From a virus: a stretch of DNA of 64,000 nucleotides. The DNA lies in the IMG/VR virus record IMGVR_UViG_2718218054_000003. One strand, given 5' to 3'. Positions 27,109 through 36,879 of the stretch are shown one piece after another (position 1 is the first letter of the stretch; every line of letters begins with the position of its first letter). A model generated the notes under the pieces. It did no database searches, was not told where the DNA came from, and saw only the letters and a list, made by a program, of their open reading frames with translations. Position numbers and translations under genes: made by a program.

Positions 27109-27447
27109 ATGACCGACGCCGCACACGCCAACCCAGTCGCCACGATCAGAGCCGACGCCCGCATCGTGGCCGACATGACCGCAGCCGAGTTCGACCACTC
27201 CCTCGCAACGGGAGACGGCCAAGCACTTGCGGCCATGAACGAAGCCAGCTACCGCCTCGCCAACGCCACCTACCCCGCGGTGCAGCCGGGCGACGGGGAA
27301 GAGGTCCTGCGACAGCGCACCGAGCGGGCGCAAGCCCTGTGGCAGCAGGTCTGGCCGGAGATCGAGGCGATGGTCACGCGCGCCAAGGCGATGGAGTTCA
27401 GCGGCTGGTCGTCTGCCAGCTCCGGTCCGATCCGGTACGCCCGGTGA
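27109..27447 (+). CDS. Hypothetical protein (likely leaderless)
   Basis: ATG 7 nt after -10 box. Confidence 0.65.
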   Translation: MTDAAHANPVATIRADARIVADMTAAEFDHSLATGDGQALAAMNEASYRLANATYPAVQPGDGEEVLRQRTERAQALWQQVWPEIEAMVTRAKAMEFSGWSSASSGPIRYAR

Positions 27448-27668
27448 CCGACCCCGAGGTGTGGACCACACCGGAGGTCGCGAAGTTCTGCGGTATCAAA
27501 GACACCGTGGTGTCCAACCGCATGATCCGACTTGGTGTGCCCGTCTACGACCGCGAACCCGGCCGCGCCGGCCGCAACCGCTACCTCGCGAACCTCGTTC
27601 GTGACGCTGTCGCCAAGGCGCCCGGCAAGGGCAACCGCACCCCGAGGAAGCCGGCGCCACCGACGTAG
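27444..27668 (+). CDS. Small HTH (excisionase/MerR-like) protein
   Basis: WTTPEVAKFCGIKDTVV..R. Confidence 0.65.
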   Translation: MTDPEVWTTPEVAKFCGIKDTVVSNRMIRLGVPVYDREPGRAGRNRYLANLVRDAVAKAPGKGNRTPRKPAPPT

Positions 27669-27678
27669 GATTCGATCC

Positions 27679-27951
27679 GTGGCGGATGTTTCGTGGGCGC
27701 CGGTCGAGACCCTGCCGAAGACGCTCGACGTGCGACAGGCCACGGTCTACCGCCAGGCCGCCGAGCCCGAACCGGGAAAGGTCGTGCTCGGCGGCCAGTG
27801 GCTGGTGTGGCCCGACCAGGTGTGGTGGCAGATGCCGGTCAACGCCGAGGAAGGCGGGGAGGCCGCCGCGCCCGCGCCGCGCTGGAAGCGCTCGCACCTC
27901 ACGCCGGAGGAGTTCGACGGCCCGATGTGGACGCGCGTAGAGCAGGCCTAG
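27679..27951 (+). CDS. Small Trp-rich protein, paralog of 24171-24389
   Basis: Shared residue pattern. Confidence 0.6.
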   Translation: MADVSWAPVETLPKTLDVRQATVYRQAAEPEPGKVVLGGQWLVWPDQVWWQMPVNAEEGGEAAAPAPRWKRSHLTPEEFDGPMWTRVEQA

Positions 27952-27991
27952 CCACGCGCCCGCGCGTCACCCTGATCGGCCGACCTCGAGG

Positions 27992-28495
27992 TCAGTGCGT
28001 GGCGATCCGTTCCCGGCGCAGGCGTTCGCGATACCGCTGCTGCGCAAGGGCCTGGCATCTGCGGAACGTACGCGTGCCGCTCTTGGTGATGTAGGTGTTC
28101 TTTTCGGTGAACTCGTGACGGTTCACGCAATGAGTCTCCAAGCGCCGCTGGAGGCTCACATGCGTGCTGTCCTTGATGGCGTCTTCGACGTTGGCCTTCT
28201 GCGTTCCGACGTAGAGGTGCTCAGGTCTTACGCACAGCCTGTTCCCGCATCGGTGGTTCGCGGTCTCCCGCATCTCGCTGTTCCAGGTCAAGGGTGCGCC
28301 GCGTAGATGACCCAGCAGCCAGCGGTGTGCTTGGTTGGTTGTCTGCCCGACCTTGAAGCGTCCGTAGCCGTACTGGTCTACGTTCCCCTTCCATAGCCAG
28401 CAACGCCCGAGCTTCGACTTGCTCGGAACGGTGCCGCGTTTGTCGACATAGGTCTCGAACCGGACCATGGGCGGCGCACCCCGAAGCCTTGGCAT
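27992..28495 (-). CDS. HNH homing-endonuclease-like protein
   Basis: CWLWKG..YGRF, AHR, HRCGNRLCVRPEHL..GTQKAN; start may be 28468. Confidence 0.85.
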   Translation of the reverse strand: MPRLRGAPPMVRFETYVDKRGTVPSKSKLGRCWLWKGNVDQYGYGRFKVGQTTNQAHRWLLGHLRGAPLTWNSEMRETANHRCGNRLCVRPEHLYVGTQKANVEDAIKDSTHVSLQRRLETHCVNRHEFTEKNTYITKSGTRTFRRCQALAQQRYRERLRRERIATH

Positions 28496-28512
28496 AACCC
28501 ATTTTATCTCAC

Positions 28513-29121
28513 CTACGGCTGCCGTGCGTCCCCTTGGGTCGGCAGCCCGCTTGTGTTAAAGCCATGATGGGACCACCACCAAGTCCGTTGCGGCACATGA
28601 ACAATCTTGGCGCCAAGTCGCACGCAGTCGAGGGTGAAGAACCAGTCCTCGCCGCCACGCTGCCCGTGGATCATTTCTCCCGCAGACGGCTCGTGGAACC
28701 CGACCTTCTGCGCGAGCTCGGTGCGCACGAGCGTCGTGATCGTCGTCTGAATAGGGTCAGCCGGGTCGAACACCTTCCCGAAGTGCCCCAACGGGTCGCA
28801 GTCGATGTCGTGCCCGTAGGCGTTGCGGACCTGGTAGTACGAGTACACGTAGTCCGCGCCGGTTTCCTCGGCCGCGCGGGCGAGCGTCTCCAGGTGGTGC
28901 GGCATGAACTCGTCGTCGCTGTCGAGGAACGCAACCCACGGTGCGCGAACGGCTTGCAGGCCGCGGTCTCTCGTTCCCCAGGCGCCCTCGCGATGAAGGT
29001 CGATCGGGATGTGCAGCTCGGCCGGCCGAAGGGTCTGAGTCATCACCGACGCGGTGGCGCGGGCGACCATGCCGTTGTCGACGCGGGCCGGGTGGGTGGG
29101 GATGACAACGCCGATGTCCAT
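28513..29121 (-). CDS. Glycosyltransferase family 2 (GT-A)
   Basis: VVIPTH, WVAFLDSDD (DxD), GEDW. Confidence 0.88.
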   Translation of the reverse strand: MDIGVVIPTHPARVDNGMVARATASVMTQTLRPAELHIPIDLHREGAWGTRDRGLQAVRAPWVAFLDSDDEFMPHHLETLARAAEETGADYVYSYYQVRNAYGHDIDCDPLGHFGKVFDPADPIQTTITTLVRTELAQKVGFHEPSAGEMIHGQRGGEDWFFTLDCVRLGAKIVHVPQRTWWWSHHGFNTSGLPTQGDARQP

Positions 29122-29226
29122 GTGAGGTCCCGGATTCTCTAGAGTGATGCGTGATCCCGTGCCGGGAGTCGGGGACCGGCACGGGATCACGCTGTTCTGC
29201 CGACGCCACGGCAGGTTCTGGGTTGG

Positions 29227-29601
29227 TTACTTCGGCAACGACGTGATCGTGTGCGAGCCGTCAGCGGCACGTGACGCCGGACGCAGGCCGGCCCCGACGC
29301 CGTGGGTGGTGGCCCAGGTGGACACGCCGAGCGGCGCCCAGATCTTCGCCTCGACCGCGAGGGCGGTCAGCAGGGTCAGCAGCCAGCCGGTCGCGGCCTG
29401 CACCGCGTTGTAGGCCGTGCCGGTGTTCGCGGCGTCCAGCCACTCGGCGGCGAATCCCGCCGCAGCCGAGAGGACGAGCTGCCCGAACACCCGGACCTTC
29501 GCCGCGGCCGGCTTCGTCAGCAGTCCGTTGAGGACCGGGAACACGAAGCCCAGCAGCATCGACAGCAGCTGAGCGGTGCCCAGCAGGTTTCCCATCTCCA
29601 T
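29227..29601 (-). CDS. Holin-like membrane protein
   Basis: TM segments, directly after endolysin. Confidence 0.7.
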   Translation of the reverse strand: MEMGNLLGTAQLLSMLLGFVFPVLNGLLTKPAAAKVRVFGQLVLSAAAGFAAEWLDAANTGTAYNAVQAATGWLLTLLTALAVEAKIWAPLGVSTWATTHGVGAGLRPASRAADGSHTITSLPK

Positions 29602-30788
29602 CAGAACTTCTCCTCGGTGTCGTCGCCCACAGCGTCGTCTGCGGTCGGGCCGCCCACACCGTCCGGTGCGGCGGCACCACCGCGCAGGCCGTCCTCGTTC
29701 ACGTCCGCCACGGACGGCGGCGCGCCGGTGAGCGTGCTGATCCGGCTGAGCAGCTCGTCGACGGTCTTCTTGGCCTCGTCGAGGTTGTCGGCGTCCTGGA
29801 CTCGCCGCAGCGCCTCCTCGGTCATGGCCGCGAGGTCGCCGCGCAGGGTGTCGGACACCAGCGACGCCTGCTTGCCCGCGGCCTCCAGCGCGGCTGCGAG
29901 GGTTGCCTCCCGCAGCTCCTCCGGCGTGATGTCCGCGTTCTGTGCGATCCCGGCCACCGCTGCCAGCACGCCGGCGAAGTGCGGCTCGACCGCGCCGGAC
30001 ACCATCTGCTGGAACGACGCGGCCGCCGCGCTGTTGCCTGCTGCCATGTCGAAGAACAGGTTCCGGACCGCGGCGTACGCCCGGTTCTCGATCTCCCAGT
30101 ACTCGCCTTGCGTGAGTGCCACGTCGACACCTCCACCCATCAGGGCAGCGAGCTCCTGCACGCTGCCGCGGTAGTAGTTCTGATCAACAGCGCCGTCGTA
30201 GCCGGAGACCCGGCCAGACGAGGTGTACTGCGCCACCGCGACCCACAGGCCGCCGTAGCCGGTCCACACGGACGCGGGCAGCGCGTCCTTACCTCGTTCC
30301 TTGGTCCTGGTCAGGTAGTCCGGGTACCAGGACACCCAGAGCGGCGGCAGGCCGGAGAGGTCGGCGTAGCCGAGTCCGCCCTTCGGGGCGTCGGCTGGGG
30401 CCGACCAGTACCAGCGCGGGATGTACACCAGCGGCACCAGGTAGCCGCGGGCGCGCAAGCCGTCGACGATCGCCCGGCACAGGTCGACGCCGGCCTTGCC
30501 GCGCCCGGAGTGGTGCTCGACGTCGATAACGACCGGGACGTCCTTCGGTACCTGAGACGCGATGATCTCGACTTGCCGTGCCGCAGATACGTGCTCCCGC
30601 TGGTAGTGGTATGCCGCCACCAGCAGACCTCGAGTCCGGCAGCCGTCCAGCTGCTGCCGGAAGAAGGGCTGCCGCCACTCGCCGTCCGACGCGAGGATGA
30701 ACACGAACTCGAAGCCGTCGCGGACGATCCCGCCGTAGTCCGTGAGCCGCGACTGGTAGTTGCTGATGTCGAGCCCGTACACGCCCAT
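29601..30788 (-). CDS. Endolysin, GH25 muramidase
   Basis: GLDISNYQ, AYHY, VIDVE, QYTS, VDQN. Confidence 0.9.
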   Translation of the reverse strand: MGVYGLDISNYQSRLTDYGGIVRDGFEFVFILASDGEWRQPFFRQQLDGCRTRGLLVAAYHYQREHVSAARQVEIIASQVPKDVPVVIDVEHHSGRGKAGVDLCRAIVDGLRARGYLVPLVYIPRWYWSAPADAPKGGLGYADLSGLPPLWVSWYPDYLTRTKERGKDALPASVWTGYGGLWVAVAQYTSSGRVSGYDGAVDQNYYRGSVQELAALMGGGVDVALTQGEYWEIENRAYAAVRNLFFDMAAGNSAAAASFQQMVSGAVEPHFAGVLAAVAGIAQNADITPEELREATLAAALEAAGKQASLVSDTLRGDLAAMTEEALRRVQDADNLDEAKKTVDELLSRISTLTGAPPSVADVNEDGLRGGAAAPDGVGGPTADDAVGDDTEEKF

Positions 30789-30800
30789 GGATCCACCTCC

Positions 30801-31613
30801 TCAAAACGTTGGGACCACAGGGGTTCGTGTGGTCGATGAGCTGGGCGGCGTCACAGCGACGACGCACTGCCACGTGTCGGCCGTGCCACCGTCAGCGAGC
30901 TGGACGCGCAGCTGCGCGAACGAACCGCCGCGGGGACACAGGGCGTCCGGGTTGTCGCGCAGGTAGGCGACCCACACGGCCTCGATCTCTGCGGCGGTAG
31001 GCGGATCGCCCTTCTCGCCCTTGTCGCCCTTCTCGCCGTCGCGTCCTGGCTGGCCATCCACTCCGGGTGGTCCAGACGGCGGCGGATTCGCCTGGAAATA
31101 TGCGGCGACCTCGGTCCTGATCTGCTGTGGCGACGGCCCGAACAGCGACATGTTCGCTGCCACATAGGCCGCGACCGCCGCAACGACCTGGTCCGCCGTC
31201 GGCCGGCTATCGGGCAGCGACGCCAGAACCCGCGCGGTGGCCGCCGCGACGAGCACATCGGAGTCCTGTGCTTCGCCCGGTTGCGGGATCGGCACCGGCT
31301 GCTGGCCGCGGCGCTCCAGCTGGGCGTTCGCGACGTCGCCGGCAGTCTTGGCGTCTTCGGCGAGCTGCCGGATCTCCGACACCGCCGCGGCCACCTGCGT
31401 CTGCTTCGAGTACAGGTCGACCACGGCGAGGGCCACCGCGGCGGAGATCAGCAGCGAGACCACCAAGACCCCGCCCATGATGACCGGCAGCCAGCGCCGG
31501 TTGGACCGCGCGACGGTCGCTTCGGCGGCCTGCTCTGCGGCAGCAGCGGTCTCTTCCTGGACGGCGCCCTTGAGGATGTCGATCGGGTCGTCGTCTTCCT
31601 GGTGCCGCGTCAT
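30801..31613 (-). CDS. Membrane protein with collagen-like Gly-X-Y repeat (lysis cassette)
   Basis: TM then GPPGVDGQPGRDGEKGDKGEKGD. Confidence 0.75.
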   Translation of the reverse strand: MTRHQEDDDPIDILKGAVQEETAAAAEQAAEATVARSNRRWLPVIMGGVLVVSLLISAAVALAVVDLYSKQTQVAAAVSEIRQLAEDAKTAGDVANAQLERRGQQPVPIPQPGEAQDSDVLVAAATARVLASLPDSRPTADQVVAAVAAYVAANMSLFGPSPQQIRTEVAAYFQANPPPSGPPGVDGQPGRDGEKGDKGEKGDPPTAAEIEAVWVAYLRDNPDALCPRGGSFAQLRVQLADGGTADTWQCVVAVTPPSSSTTRTPVVPTF

Positions 31614-32023
31614 GCCGAGCCACCTCCGAGCCGGTTGATCAGCGCCTCGATCTGTGCGTCTCGCCGGGCGATGACGACGTCGCGTTCCGCGATCTCGCGG
31701 TGCGCGTTGGTCAGCTCTCGTGAAAGGTCCTTGGCCTCCTGCTGCGCTTCGTCCCGTTCCCGCCGGGCGTCGGCGAGGGCTTCGCGCACCAGGTCGACCG
31801 AGCCCTCGACGGCAGGCGCTGGTGGTGTGGCGGTGGACGCGGCCGAGGTGTGACCGCGCTTGACCCGCTCGACGAGCGCTGGGGCCAGCGCGACGCCGAT
31901 GGCGCTGAGGGTGGCAATGGCGGCCAGCGCGATGGCGAGCCACGGCGGCCCGGTCGCCGAGGCTTGCGCCAGGTAGACGATCGCGTCGCGGTGTGTGGCC
32001 GGCGCGAGAAGCAGCCGGATCAT
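31610..32023 (-). CDS. Membrane plus coiled-coil protein (lysis cassette)
   Basis: One TM followed by heptads. Confidence 0.65.
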   Translation of the reverse strand: MIRLLLAPATHRDAIVYLAQASATGPPWLAIALAAIATLSAIGVALAPALVERVKRGHTSAASTATPPAPAVEGSVDLVREALADARRERDEAQQEAKDLSRELTNAHREIAERDVVIARRDAQIEALINRLGGGSA

Positions 32024-32400
32024 TCGTGGTCCGTTCTCGCGTCCACTCGGGACTGCGCGCGTCGCCAGAGCCCCAGGGCGTGCAGCGGGGCCGCCAGCAG
32101 AAGGTTGTGGATTGGTGAGCCCCAGCCCGACAACTGACCGGACTTCAGCGACGCTGCCAGCCCGAGGCCCCAGAACACGAAGACGAGCACCCCCATCGCG
32201 TGGCCCGCGGTGTGTTTGCGTGCCAGAAGCAGTAGGCCGACGATGAGGAACGCCACGCCCCACACGGAGATCGGCACACCCAGGCTCCGCACGACAGAGA
32301 AGGTGCCGCCGCTGTACCACTGGGGTGGCCCGAGCAGGTAGCCCAGGCCGAGCACCAGGGCGTGCACGGCGAGGATGTAGCGGGCGACCGGTGAAAGCAT
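32020..32400 (-). CDS. Multi-pass membrane protein
   Basis: About 4 TM helices. Confidence 0.7.
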   Translation of the reverse strand: MLSPVARYILAVHALVLGLGYLLGPPQWYSGGTFSVVRSLGVPISVWGVAFLIVGLLLLARKHTAGHAMGVLVFVFWGLGLAASLKSGQLSGWGSPIHNLLLAAPLHALGLWRRAQSRVDARTDHE

Positions 32401-32460
32401 CGAATCGACCTCCCAGGTTGTGCTGGTGCTGCGTGCGGCAGCGGCGGAAGGTGGCGGCCA

Positions 32461-33459
32461 TCAGACGGAGACCCCCGTGTTCGTGACGGCCAGGCCGACG
32501 TCTTCGACGACCAGTTCGGTGGAGGCGGTCGCGTCCGCGTACGCCTCGACCGTGCCCGTGCCGGCACCGCGGGAGATCGTCAACAGCAGCCGCAGGTTGT
32601 GTGAGGTCGCCGGCTCATACACGGTCTCGAACGGGTCAGAGTCCGCAGAGGACACCGCAAAGGCGGTGGAGTACTTCTGCGCCAGCACGGTGCTGGACGT
32701 CGACGGTGCGGAGCCATCCGTGGTGTAGCGGATCTCGGTCAGGATCCGGTCACCCGCAATCGTCGAGCGGGGATGCACGACTGCGCTGATCCGATAGGCG
32801 CGCCCGCTGACCACGGGGATCGTGTTGGGACTGTCGCCCAGTCGCAGCACCCCGACGATCGAGGTGGTTCCCGTGCTCGATGTGGAGCGGCGCCCGCGGC
32901 GAACCAGGCCGCGGGCGACCGGTCCCGAGACGGCGCCGGTCAGCGTCACCGCACCGACGACCGTGAGTGCGCCGCCAACGTAGAAGGAGTCGTCGGTGCG
33001 CAGCAGGTCGGTGGTCGAGCGGTACAGGTTGGTGTCCGGCGCGGTGACACCACCTGGCCCCCACTGGTGCTTGCCGTCGAAGTCGATGGTGAAGCCGGGG
33101 TTGGCCTCGCCGTACTTGCGTGCGTCGAGCAGTCGGGTGCCGGTGAGGAAGCCGGTGGTCTGGCCGCGCAGCGGTGCGGACGCGCCGACCGCACCGACGA
33201 TGACTGGGCCGTCAGCGGACCACAGGTACTTCCAGCTGCCCGACGCCGGCACGGTTCCGTTGGACAGCAGCACGGACCCGGTGTCGGACTCGCGGATGCC
33301 CTTGCCGTTGTAGGGGCTGCTCGGCCGGGTGCTGGACGTGCACTCCTCGAATCCGACGGCAGCGTCGATCTTGTCGCTGTTGTTGTTGACGGTTCCGACG
33401 GAGTAGTTCTCGGCGTTGGTCTCCTTGACGAGCTGGAGACGCGTGGTGAGGGTCGACAT
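32461..33459 (-). CDS. Tail fibre / receptor-binding minor tail protein
   Basis: N-terminal LQLVKE..E.Y...N.N.DKID anchor; position after tail-tip genes. Confidence 0.65.
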   Translation of the reverse strand: MSTLTTRLQLVKETNAENYSVGTVNNNSDKIDAAVGFEECTSSTRPSSPYNGKGIRESDTGSVLLSNGTVPASGSWKYLWSADGPVIVGAVGASAPLRGQTTGFLTGTRLLDARKYGEANPGFTIDFDGKHQWGPGGVTAPDTNLYRSTTDLLRTDDSFYVGGALTVVGAVTLTGAVSGPVARGLVRRGRRSTSSTGTTSIVGVLRLGDSPNTIPVVSGRAYRISAVVHPRSTIAGDRILTEIRYTTDGSAPSTSSTVLAQKYSTAFAVSSADSDPFETVYEPATSHNLRLLLTISRGAGTGTVEAYADATASTELVVEDVGLAVTNTGVSV

Positions 33460-33989
33460 CAGGCCCCCTGCTTCTGCTCGAAGGCGTCGACCGCGACCTG
33501 CATGTACTGGAAGGCCTTCGCGACGTCAGGGTCGAGCTTCTGCACACCGGTGGTATGCCTGTGCAAGATCACGCCCATGGTCTTCAGTGCGAGGTCAGCG
33601 GGATGGACGGTCGTCTCCTGTCGGATCTTGTTCATCTCCGCGTTGCGGGTCGACATCCTGTACTTGAGCTTCGTCGCGACGATGTGGCCGAGGAACTCTT
33701 CACGGGCCTCGGCGATCGTCGGCTTGTTGAACAGCGCGATGTTTTCCGGCTGCATCACGCTCGGGTCGACGTAGCGCTCGCAGAGCATGATGTCGACGAG
33801 GGTGTTGAGGTCACCTGGGTCGATGCCGTACTCGGCGGCCCGCCAGATCGGCATCTCGTACGGCAGCACGTTGACGACGACCGCGGGCTTGGGCTGGTCG
33901 TCGTGGTGCTCGTGCACGACAACTTCCCAGCACGCCACCGGCTTCTGCCTCAACGTCACACTTTGGACGACCACTCGTGTCAGGGCCAT
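33459..33989 (-). CDS. Hypothetical tail-region protein
   Basis: Operon coupling. Confidence 0.6.
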   Translation of the reverse strand: MALTRVVVQSVTLRQKPVACWEVVVHEHHDDQPKPAVVVNVLPYEMPIWRAAEYGIDPGDLNTLVDIMLCERYVDPSVMQPENIALFNKPTIAEAREEFLGHIVATKLKYRMSTRNAEMNKIRQETTVHPADLALKTMGVILHRHTTGVQKLDPDVAKAFQYMQVAVDAFEQKQGA

Positions 33990-34002
33990 CGCTCTGTCCT
34001 CC

Positions 34003-36879
34003 TTAGACGAACCTCATGGCCTGCACGCCGTAGTGGCCGTTGCGTGCGCCGACGGAGTTCCCGACGCTGAACCCGGTGGACGCGTTGTTGTAGACGTTGC
34101 ACACGGTGTCTTTGAGGTAGCTGGTGTGGTCGGTCCAAGACGCAAGGACGATCATGGTCCCGGTCATCGTTGCGCCGTAGGCGAAGTTGGCTGCGCCACC
34201 GCCAGCCACCGTGTAGTTCCACCACAGGGCGGCCTGTCCGCTGTACGAGTTCCCCTGCTCCAGTGCGCCCTTGAAACCGTGCCGGCCGTTCGAACCGTCG
34301 ACGTGGTGGAAGGCGTCGACCCCGCCGGGGTAGTGCACGCCGAAGTAGGCTTCGCTGCTCAGCGCCCACAGGAAGCCGCCGTTGCGTTGACCTGTCGCGA
34401 GAGAAAGGTTCTCGACGTGCGCGCCACCGCTGTTGACGCTGCACGAACCGCCCGCGGCGGTGCCTGTGCCGACCTGTGAGTAGGAGAGCCGACCGTCGCC
34501 TGGGAACAACCACACCGTCGTCTGGAACCCACCAGACGCGCCAGAGTTCATGCCGAGGGTCGCCGTCGATCCCGCGGCCGGCGAGTTGATGTAGCCGTAG
34601 GACGAACCGGCGTCTGGGAAGAACCTGATCTCCGGCACGCGGCCGCTGTCGACCGGGTTGAGCACGATGCGCTTGCCGGTCAGGCCGGTGGTGATGGTGC
34701 CGACGGCTTCGATCGTGCCGTCTGAGGCGTTGATCGCGACCGTCTTCGTGTTGCTGGCGTTGTAGGCCTCGAGTCCAGCCGCAACGAGCTGCATGCGGGC
34801 GCCGCCGTCGGTGCCGGACCAGATGCGGCCGGCGTTCACCACCTGCGCGGTCATGGTGCCTGCGGTGATCTTGCTGACGGTGAGGTCGGAGATGTGCGCG
34901 TCGTCGATCAGCAGCACGCTCGACTGCGCCGCCACGCTCGGCGAGGACTTGTTGCCGGCGTCGTCTACGGCAATGATCTTGATGTAGACGTCGTCGACAA
35001 ATTCCACGGGGAACGTGCCGACGGCGGGGATCTCGCCGAGCATCATGCCGTTGTTGGCCAACAACTTCCCGATGCGTGTGGTGTCGTCAGGGAAGAAGCT
35101 GGGCGTGTACTGGGCGTGGATCTCCAGGTGGTTGAGGTCGGCTTCCAGGTTCCACTCGCCGCCGTCGGAGCGGCCGAGGGTGTGGGTGATCTGCACGGCG
35201 ATCCGCGACGCCGCGACCTCCGGTGCTGCCGGTGTGGACGGCGCGATGGTGTCGCCGTTGGTCTGGATCGTCGTCGTGGCGGACCAGGCCGACACGTTCG
35301 GCGGGGTTGCGTTGTCGAAAGCCCGGATCCGCAGGTCGTACGGCACTCCTGGCGTCAGCTCCTGCAGCAGCTGCGCGGTGTCGTCGAAGCTCGCGTACGC
35401 GGACTGCCAGGGACCCGGCTCGTACGTGATCGGCTGTGCGTGCGTGCCCGCGGCGAGCTGGCCGTGGGTGTACGCGGACATCTGCCCGTGCGTGGCGGGG
35501 AAGATCGGCGTCGAGCCGGTGCGGTACTGGATCTCGTAGTGGTCGCCGTCGAGCACCAGGCTGCCGTCGGTGTTGTTGGGCTTGACCCACTGCACCTGCA
35601 CCTGGGCCTTCGTGATGCCCGAGATTGCCGACTGGTACACGGCCTGCACGAACGGAGTGACGAACACCGGTGCCGCGGGCACGCTGGTGTCCGGCACCGG
35701 GCGGGAGCCGACAGGCTCGCCGCCGCTGTTGGTCAGGGACCGGTCGTAGCCGCCGACGACCAGCGAGGTGGAGCCGTTCTCGAACCGGACGTAGTCGGTG
35801 AGGTCCCACCAGCGGCCGGTCTTGTCCCGGTAGGCGACCGACATACCGGAGCTGATCGGCCAGGTCATCTCGATCAGGCGCAGCTTCACTGGGTGCAGGC
35901 GCAGACCGCGGTGGATGATCTGGTTGTTTTGGTCCTCCAGGCCGACGTCGGGGGACCAGACCCACACAGCGTCGCCGACCGCGACGTCGCCGCGGACGTC
36001 GTACTCGTTGGTCGACAGCGTCAGCTGGGTGCGGGGCTTCGTGAACTGGTTGAGGGCGAGCTGTGCGCGGGCGGCCGCGTTCCCTCCGCTGGTGGCGGAC
36101 TCGGACACGAGCCGGGTCATGACGAGCGGGTTGCCGTGCAGGTCCAGGTACCCGTTGAGGCCGGGTGCGATGTCGGCGTCACCGGTCGCGACCGACCCGC
36201 CGGTACCGGACGCGAGGAGAACCACCCGCGTGGTGAAGTCGTCGACGTCGCGCGCGGTGGACGCCTTGCCGGCGAGCGCCCGCAGCGCCATGTCGACGCC
36301 CTCGGAACGCCGGACGATCGCGCACCGCGGCGTCGACTCGTACAGGTCCGAGACGTGGCCAGCGTCGAGCGTGCCGTCGCCGTTGACCCGCCACTCCACC
36401 GGGTCGGACGTGTCCGCGGTGAAGTAGCCGCACACGTAGTCGATCGCCGTGCGCGGGTCTTGGTAGACGTGCGTGTTGGTGTAGGCGCCAGTGACCGAGT
36501 GAAGCGTGCCTTCGGTGACGGCACCGGAGTACGGCAGCAGCGCCCGCACGGTGGACGTGAAGGACCCGGACGCGAACGGCGTGGCGTTCTCGAGGACGGA
36601 TCCCTTCTTGTCCTCGTCGCCGAGCCACATCGCCATGCCAGGGCCGCCGAGGGTGCTCTCGGCGCCGCTGTCGACCTCGGCGAGCTGGCGGACGCGGACG
36701 ACGCCGACGTACCGGGCGGACCGGAGCAGGCTGTCGCCGGCCACGCGGGGGTCGACGCGACCGGTGCTGATCGCGACGTGGCCGAAGTAGTCGATCGCGT
36801 CGAGAACCTCGCGCGGGGTCTCGGCGGTGAGCTTGAACCCCCACCGGCCGAGCTTCATCAGCGCCTCGTTGACGGTCAC
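34003..36879 (-). CDS. Large minor tail (tip/host-specificity) protein with Fn3-like repeats
   Basis: 958 aa; PGVPYDLRIRA..N.SAWS; position. Confidence 0.75.
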   Translation of the reverse strand: MTVNEALMKLGRWGFKLTAETPREVLDAIDYFGHVAISTGRVDPRVAGDSLLRSARYVGVVRVRQLAEVDSGAESTLGGPGMAMWLGDEDKKGSVLENATPFASGSFTSTVRALLPYSGAVTEGTLHSVTGAYTNTHVYQDPRTAIDYVCGYFTADTSDPVEWRVNGDGTLDAGHVSDLYESTPRCAIVRRSEGVDMALRALAGKASTARDVDDFTTRVVLLASGTGGSVATGDADIAPGLNGYLDLHGNPLVMTRLVSESATSGGNAAARAQLALNQFTKPRTQLTLSTNEYDVRGDVAVGDAVWVWSPDVGLEDQNNQIIHRGLRLHPVKLRLIEMTWPISSGMSVAYRDKTGRWWDLTDYVRFENGSTSLVVGGYDRSLTNSGGEPVGSRPVPDTSVPAAPVFVTPFVQAVYQSAISGITKAQVQVQWVKPNNTDGSLVLDGDHYEIQYRTGSTPIFPATHGQMSAYTHGQLAAGTHAQPITYEPGPWQSAYASFDDTAQLLQELTPGVPYDLRIRAFDNATPPNVSAWSATTTIQTNGDTIAPSTPAAPEVAASRIAVQITHTLGRSDGGEWNLEADLNHLEIHAQYTPSFFPDDTTRIGKLLANNGMMLGEIPAVGTFPVEFVDDVYIKIIAVDDAGNKSSPSVAAQSSVLLIDDAHISDLTVSKITAGTMTAQVVNAGRIWSGTDGGARMQLVAAGLEAYNASNTKTVAINASDGTIEAVGTITTGLTGKRIVLNPVDSGRVPEIRFFPDAGSSYGYINSPAAGSTATLGMNSGASGGFQTTVWLFPGDGRLSYSQVGTGTAAGGSCSVNSGGAHVENLSLATGQRNGGFLWALSSEAYFGVHYPGGVDAFHHVDGSNGRHGFKGALEQGNSYSGQAALWWNYTVAGGGAANFAYGATMTGTMIVLASWTDHTSYLKDTVCNVYNNASTGFSVGNSVGARNGHYGVQAMRFV

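Noticed and set aside
30990-31090. Short tandem DNA repeats (CCCTTCTCGCC)
   Set aside because: Simply encode the collagen-like GEKGDK repeat
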